Virus record (IMG/VR): IMGVR_UViG_3300023245_000006
Coordinates: 1 to 64,000 of that record
DNA length: 64,000 nucleotides
Reading direction: 5' to 3' (one strand)
Source of the DNA: a virus
Part shown: positions 59,752 to 64,000 of the stretch, piece by piece
Layout of the letters: the number at the start of each line of letters is the position of its first letter
Numbering within the stretch: the stretch's first letter is position 1
Program-made: the position numbers and the translations under genes
The notes under the pieces: generated by a model
What the model was told of the DNA's origin: nothing
Database searches by the model: none
What the model saw: the letters and a program-made list of their open reading frames with translations, nothing else

Positions 59752-59880
59752 TCAAGTCCATTTATCAGATTTTTATAAATTCTCCCACCACCACAGAGGT
59801 TGAATATTGGTGTAATGAAAACACCTCTACTGCTCTGGGTCCGAAAGAGCAAATTTCTGTTTTTCTCTGCGATCATTCAT
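59752..59880 (-). pseudogene. HNH homing endonuclease C-terminal remnant
   Basis: FALSDPEQ*RCFHYTNIQPLWWWENL*KSDK, with two in-frame stops. Confidence 0.65.
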
Positions 59881-59885
59881 CAGAA

Positions 59886-60362
59886 TTATTTATAATTAAG
59901 TAGTTCCATTTTTAAAAAATTTTGAATATTTCTTCTACTATCTTCTGATATAATATTATATTCGATGTTATGGAAATCGAAAAAATCTTTGAATCCACTA
60001 CATTTAGAATATTCTTCGAGATAAAAAACTCTCTTAATTTGCATGGCTCCTATCGTTTGACAGCATTTTATACAAGGAGATATGGTTATATATAAATCTC
60101 GACATTCCCCTATTTTAATAAGGGAACATACATTAGATTCAGCATGAATGAATAACTCAGCCTTTTTATGTCTGTTTTTTTCTAGAAACATCCATTCAGG
60201 TATTTTTTTATTAGGTGACAGCCCATTATAACCAGTAGCAATTATTCTATTGCTATAATCCATGGCACAAGCCCCAACTTTCGTATGCGGATCTTCGCTT
60301 CTTGCTTTTGATGTAAGTGCCAACAATCCACCATATTCTATAAATGATAATCTATTTTTCAT
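59886..60362 (-). CDS. dCMP deaminase
   Basis: RSED..TKVGA, TGYNG, HAE, PCxxC. Confidence 0.92.
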   Translation of the reverse strand: MKNRLSFIEYGGLLALTSKARSEDPHTKVGACAMDYSNRIIATGYNGLSPNKKIPEWMFLEKNRHKKAELFIHAESNVCSLIKIGECRDLYITISPCIKCCQTIGAMQIKRVFYLEEYSKCSGFKDFFDFHNIEYNIISEDSRRNIQNFLKMELLNYK

Positions 60363-60724
60363 ATTAATATTTTCTCCATATCCAAATAGGTTATACGTGG
60401 CTGACTGGTAGTGGCGCGTGATTTGGATCGGGCAACTTGGTCTGGTTGTCGGCGTCGTGACCTACTGTTTCTGGAGAAGGATACTTTAATCTACCAAAAA
60501 TCGGCTGATGATACGGACTGTCATATCGACCGATTAAGCATCCTTGGTATGCTGAGTGCGAAGAAACAGAAAAATCCGAACAGAGCGATCCAGGGAACTC
60601 CCGTCCCTGCTGGACTTCTGTCATGGGAGATGCGTTATTTTTGGTTTCTTGGCTGCTGTTTTGCATATCTTGGTCTTTCGGTTTCATCGGGATACCTCAT
60701 CTTGGGCGTAAGAATCTAAATTAG

Positions 60725-62164
60725 TTAAATTGTTACTTGATTGTATCGTTCTGCATTTATGGTTTCCAACATGACATCCAGCGGAGAGATAGTGTTACCC
60801 GAAAGCAACGTCTTCAAGATAGATGGCGAACACCCGCTTACGAGACATGTTCCCTTATCATCCTTGGTGATCGGTGACTGACTGTTTCGGGCATTGACAT
60901 TCCAGAACACCAAGTTTGGTTGCACATATCCTGCTGCTTCATACTTGAGACGGGTAGCCTCATAGTTTGTAACAGACTGTCCACGACAAGCCATATCGAA
61001 TTCCATATCCGAAACAATGTAGAGGGTATCAGGCATATCTTCCTGCGGAACATCATTCCGCATTCCTGTAGTAAGAATCAGATCGAACGTTGCTTGCAAG
61101 TTAGTAGACATATCCCAATCCGCCCTTTCAAGGTTCTGAACCTTCTCTCGAATATTGTTTCCAACAACAGATTGAAGTGTTGGGGTTTCGGAGAACGTGA
61201 AGAACTTGTTGGCAAAGGCACCCTTGTTCTTTTCGGCAAAATAAATTGCCAAAGAGATAGAGACTGCCATTGGTCTGCCAGTCATGCTACCGCTCACATC
61301 CGCAATAACGATTCCGTTGTGCTTGTTCTCTCCGATATAATCAGGTAGAGCATCCCAAAGGACATCCAAAGTATCACTCTTATCACATCGATTCAGAATC
61401 TTTTCAACAATTTCGTAAGGATACAATGTAGATGCATTGATCTTAGTTTCACCCTTCTTAACTGCCGCCAAAAAGTTTTCATAACGTTCCTTATCGTGCT
61501 TACGGAAGGCATCTTTATAGGTCAAAGATGCCTTCGAAGGAACATGAGAATATTCGATCTGGTCCCACTTGTTTGCACAAAGAAGAGGCTCAACAACCTT
61601 TGTCTTCTCACGCATATGAGAAAGAGTTTGACGGTATTCCTTAGATGATAGTCCAAGGTGCTTACGCAAAATCGTAGCAAGTCGTCTAGTTGACTTAGAA
61701 GAAGTATTTTCCGAACAAGACCATTTGAAGATTAGAGAGTTCGTCTCGAACCCCTTGTTCCACTCATTACCCCAAAATTCTAGAGCCTTGTCCCAAGACT
61801 TGGTTCCTTCCAAGAAAAAAAGATCATCATATCGACCATAGAACACGATGTTTTCTAGATTATTTACGACAATAGTTGGATACTCATTGCCCAACCACTT
61901 GATGATTGTTCGGAAAGTCTTACGCTCGCCCATTCCCCCTCGGGCGTCACGGAAATAAAACATGGTTTTTAGAGCCAGTTCTTGATCTTCGGCAAATGCC
62001 TTAGAAAACAAGGAAATAACATCTTCATCAGAACGAGAACGCATAGCACCACCTAGACCAAAGAAATCCAATAGATTACTCAAAGTAGACTTGTGAGTAA
62101 AGGCACCATTCTCGGTTAGAGTGAAATTTTGGTTCTTTTCGATAGAGTTGATTAGTGAGTTCAT
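60725..62164 (-). CDS. DUF2828-family vWA-domain protein (TROVE/Ro-like architecture)
   Basis: TENGA, RD.RGG.GER, GRYDDL, LYPYEI, MIDAS DVSGSM, SDMEFD, VFWNV, VSGCSP. Confidence 0.85.
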   Translation of the reverse strand: MNSLINSIEKNQNFTLTENGAFTHKSTLSNLLDFFGLGGAMRSRSDEDVISLFSKAFAEDQELALKTMFYFRDARGGMGERKTFRTIIKWLGNEYPTIVVNNLENIVFYGRYDDLFFLEGTKSWDKALEFWGNEWNKGFETNSLIFKWSCSENTSSKSTRRLATILRKHLGLSSKEYRQTLSHMREKTKVVEPLLCANKWDQIEYSHVPSKASLTYKDAFRKHDKERYENFLAAVKKGETKINASTLYPYEIVEKILNRCDKSDTLDVLWDALPDYIGENKHNGIVIADVSGSMTGRPMAVSISLAIYFAEKNKGAFANKFFTFSETPTLQSVVGNNIREKVQNLERADWDMSTNLQATFDLILTTGMRNDVPQEDMPDTLYIVSDMEFDMACRGQSVTNYEATRLKYEAAGYVQPNLVFWNVNARNSQSPITKDDKGTCLVSGCSPSILKTLLSGNTISPLDVMLETINAERYNQVTI

Positions 62165-62208
62165 ATTTTTATTTGGTCTTGATTGGTCTTGATTGGTCTT
62201 GATTGGTC

Positions 62209-62330
62209 AAGATGCTGGTTTTTTCATTAAGATAAGTTGATTGCTGCAAGCACCTTTATATTGTTATGTTATAGATTTTTATTAAATTGTCAAGATGCGT
62301 TTTTTCCATTTTGATTGCTGTCTGCATCTT
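62209..62330 (-). ncRNA. Two related stem-loop RNA motifs with CAGCAATCAA loops (62209-62256, 62292-62330)
   Basis: AAG(G/A)TGC...GCATCTT stems enclosing CAGCAATCAA...TG(G)AAAAAAC; each follows a TTGAC promoter-like site. Confidence 0.5.
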
Positions 62331-62374
62331 TATTGATTGATATTTATCATACCAGTTTTTTTGATTAAGTCAAA

Positions 62375-63106
62375 TTATTTAATCTGTTTAAATTCATCGA
62401 TATCTAAGCACCGATAAACTCTATTATTATGAGAATCGAAAACGTAATGACTTTGATGATAGTGACCGAAATAATGAGACTGACATTCTGATAAATCAGA
62501 CATGTGCTGAACCAGTTCCATTTCGTGAATCAATTCACCTAATAGATCACCACCCTGCATGGCCTCTACACCGTGATAGTGCATAACCATAGAGTTTGTC
62601 TCGGCTTTAGATAATCCACAGTTTGTAGGGCCAATGTGCGTCATTAAGATATCAACCTTCTCGATTCGTTCAGGTTCAAAGACCACTTCTTCGTTTTCCC
62701 ACCAAGATTTACCAATAATTCGTTCAGATCGGTCGATAGAGATACCACCACCGATTATCTGAATACGTTTGTCATTAATATCGTATATTGAATAATCCGG
62801 TGAAAAATAAACTCTTTCACCAAATTCTCGATTAGCCCAATGATTTTGATGGAAAAATATGGGATTACTATGGTTCCCTCGACAAATTATTAAATAAGAA
62901 TTGATTTTGGTCATATATTCATATAATTTACGTATTAGATGTCTTTCTTTAATGGGATGGTGGAACCCTTCACCCGCATCACCACAATGTAGAAAGACAC
63001 AATCTTGAAAGTCTTCTGGGATTTTTTTTTCGAAAAGATTAACCAGTTTTAATGAATGTGTATCTCCGATAAGAATAATCGATATATTTTTGAAAGTCGT
63101 TCTCAT
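62375..63106 (-). CDS. Calcineurin-like metallophosphoesterase
   Basis: GDTH, CGDAG, RGNH, GGGISID, TH, FGHYH. Confidence 0.88.
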   Translation of the reverse strand: MRTTFKNISIILIGDTHSLKLVNLFEKKIPEDFQDCVFLHCGDAGEGFHHPIKERHLIRKLYEYMTKINSYLIICRGNHSNPIFFHQNHWANREFGERVYFSPDYSIYDINDKRIQIIGGGISIDRSERIIGKSWWENEEVVFEPERIEKVDILMTHIGPTNCGLSKAETNSMVMHYHGVEAMQGGDLLGELIHEMELVQHMSDLSECQSHYFGHYHQSHYVFDSHNNRVYRCLDIDEFKQIK

Positions 63107-63250
63107 ATTATATATCTATATCAGAATTGTAAACAATGTCGAGAACTTTCTTTTTTAAAATAATTTTTCTCAGATTTTCTATCTAAAAACACCGTAGAAT
63201 CTTTATATAACCAATCTAAAAATTTCTTGGATCTCAATTCTCCACACAAT

Positions 63251-63877
63251 TTAAAACTTCAAAAACATGTTCCAATCCACACAAATTGCCGATTTGATCA
63301 AAATATGTGCTGGAACTGGTTTCGGTTTATTAAGTTGGTATTTAGGAATAATACCAAACTCTTCGGGTGTTCTATCAGCCTTTTTTCTATTTAATTCTGG
63401 GGACGAAATAGCCAAATTCTCCCAAGTGTTTTCACCACCACGACTTCTTGGGTGCATATGCTCTATGGTAGCACTTTTATAAGGAACCACGTCACCCGTC
63501 CATATACACTTTCCTCCATAATGGTTATAGATATTTCTCTTTGTTGCTCGGAACGTCTTGACGGGCATTTTATTATAATTAGAACCCACAATGATAACCG
63601 TAGGAAGTCTGACATCCAAAGAAACCGTTCGGATAGAATCTTCATCGAATTCTCTAGGTGATAAGGTAGCCCATTCTTTCCAAGACAAAGGAATAACCTC
63701 GGTTGGGGCAGAAAAATCAAAATTTCCTTGATCATCTTTCATATATTCGATCTTTAGTGCCTTTTTAGGGTATTTAGATGAGTTCATATCTTCAAGTGCA
63801 TCCTTTACCGTTGTATGTCCTATTGGTTTCCAAGATTTGTTCAATACTAAGACATGTATGTTTAATGCTTTGCTCAT
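63251..63877 (-). CDS. HNH endonuclease (McrA-like)
   Basis: VLVLNKSW.P, TIEHMHPRSRGG..TWENL...N.KKADRTP. Confidence 0.88.
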   Translation of the reverse strand: MSKALNIHVLVLNKSWKPIGHTTVKDALEDMNSSKYPKKALKIEYMKDDQGNFDFSAPTEVIPLSWKEWATLSPREFDEDSIRTVSLDVRLPTVIIVGSNYNKMPVKTFRATKRNIYNHYGGKCIWTGDVVPYKSATIEHMHPRSRGGENTWENLAISSPELNRKKADRTPEEFGIIPKYQLNKPKPVPAHILIKSAICVDWNMFLKF

Positions 63878-64000
63878 AATTAGCCAATTATAATATCCTA
63901 CGAAAAAATGTCAAGAAATAAGTAAGTATTTCCGTGCGAGAAAATTTAGAGGAATTATTAACGAAAGTAGAACTTCGTCAGAATGACTTGGAAAAATTAT

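Noticed and set aside
59752-59880. Stop-codon reassignment (TAG read-through)
   Set aside because: The same relic also has an in-frame TAA, and conserved genes are intact under the standard code, with some ending in TAG.

Overview
AT-rich segment of a large T4-superfamily-like (jumbo) bacteriophage genome. Support: rIIA/rIIB-like pair, class II ribonucleotide reductase, DNA and RNA ligases, dCMP deaminase, a tRNA, TATAA(A/G)TA late-promoter motifs, and a ~18 kb leftward block of small sigma70-promoter-driven early genes. The highlight is a compact phage-encoded type V-like CRISPR system at 15953-18467. It comprises a 540-aa IS605/IS609-type TnpB derivative whose RuvC-II glutamate is replaced by aspartate, a separately promoted and terminated tracrRNA candidate with two anti-repeat segments, a leader with an 11-bp inverted repeat, and an array of 9 x 37-bp repeats. 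The array mixes full-length spacers (29-34 bp) with two near-identical 17-bp mini-spacers, and no cas1/cas2 is present in the window. Other notable elements: a DNA ligase gene fractured by a split intein with a free-standing Vsr-like endonuclease between the halves; an NrdJ carrying a class-3 (Ala-start) and a class-1 intein; a second, solo TnpB with an intact catalytic triad; unrelated late proteins sharing an N-terminal MRDNDTxxLExLY tag; five tandem HREDGP-repeat paralogues; pervasive leaderless promoter architecture; paired CAGCAA-loop hairpins upstream of a DUF2828/vWA gene; an RNA-repair gene cluster; and a 1.5-kb repeat-rich non-coding region. All family calls come from motif recognition by eye; no database searches were run.
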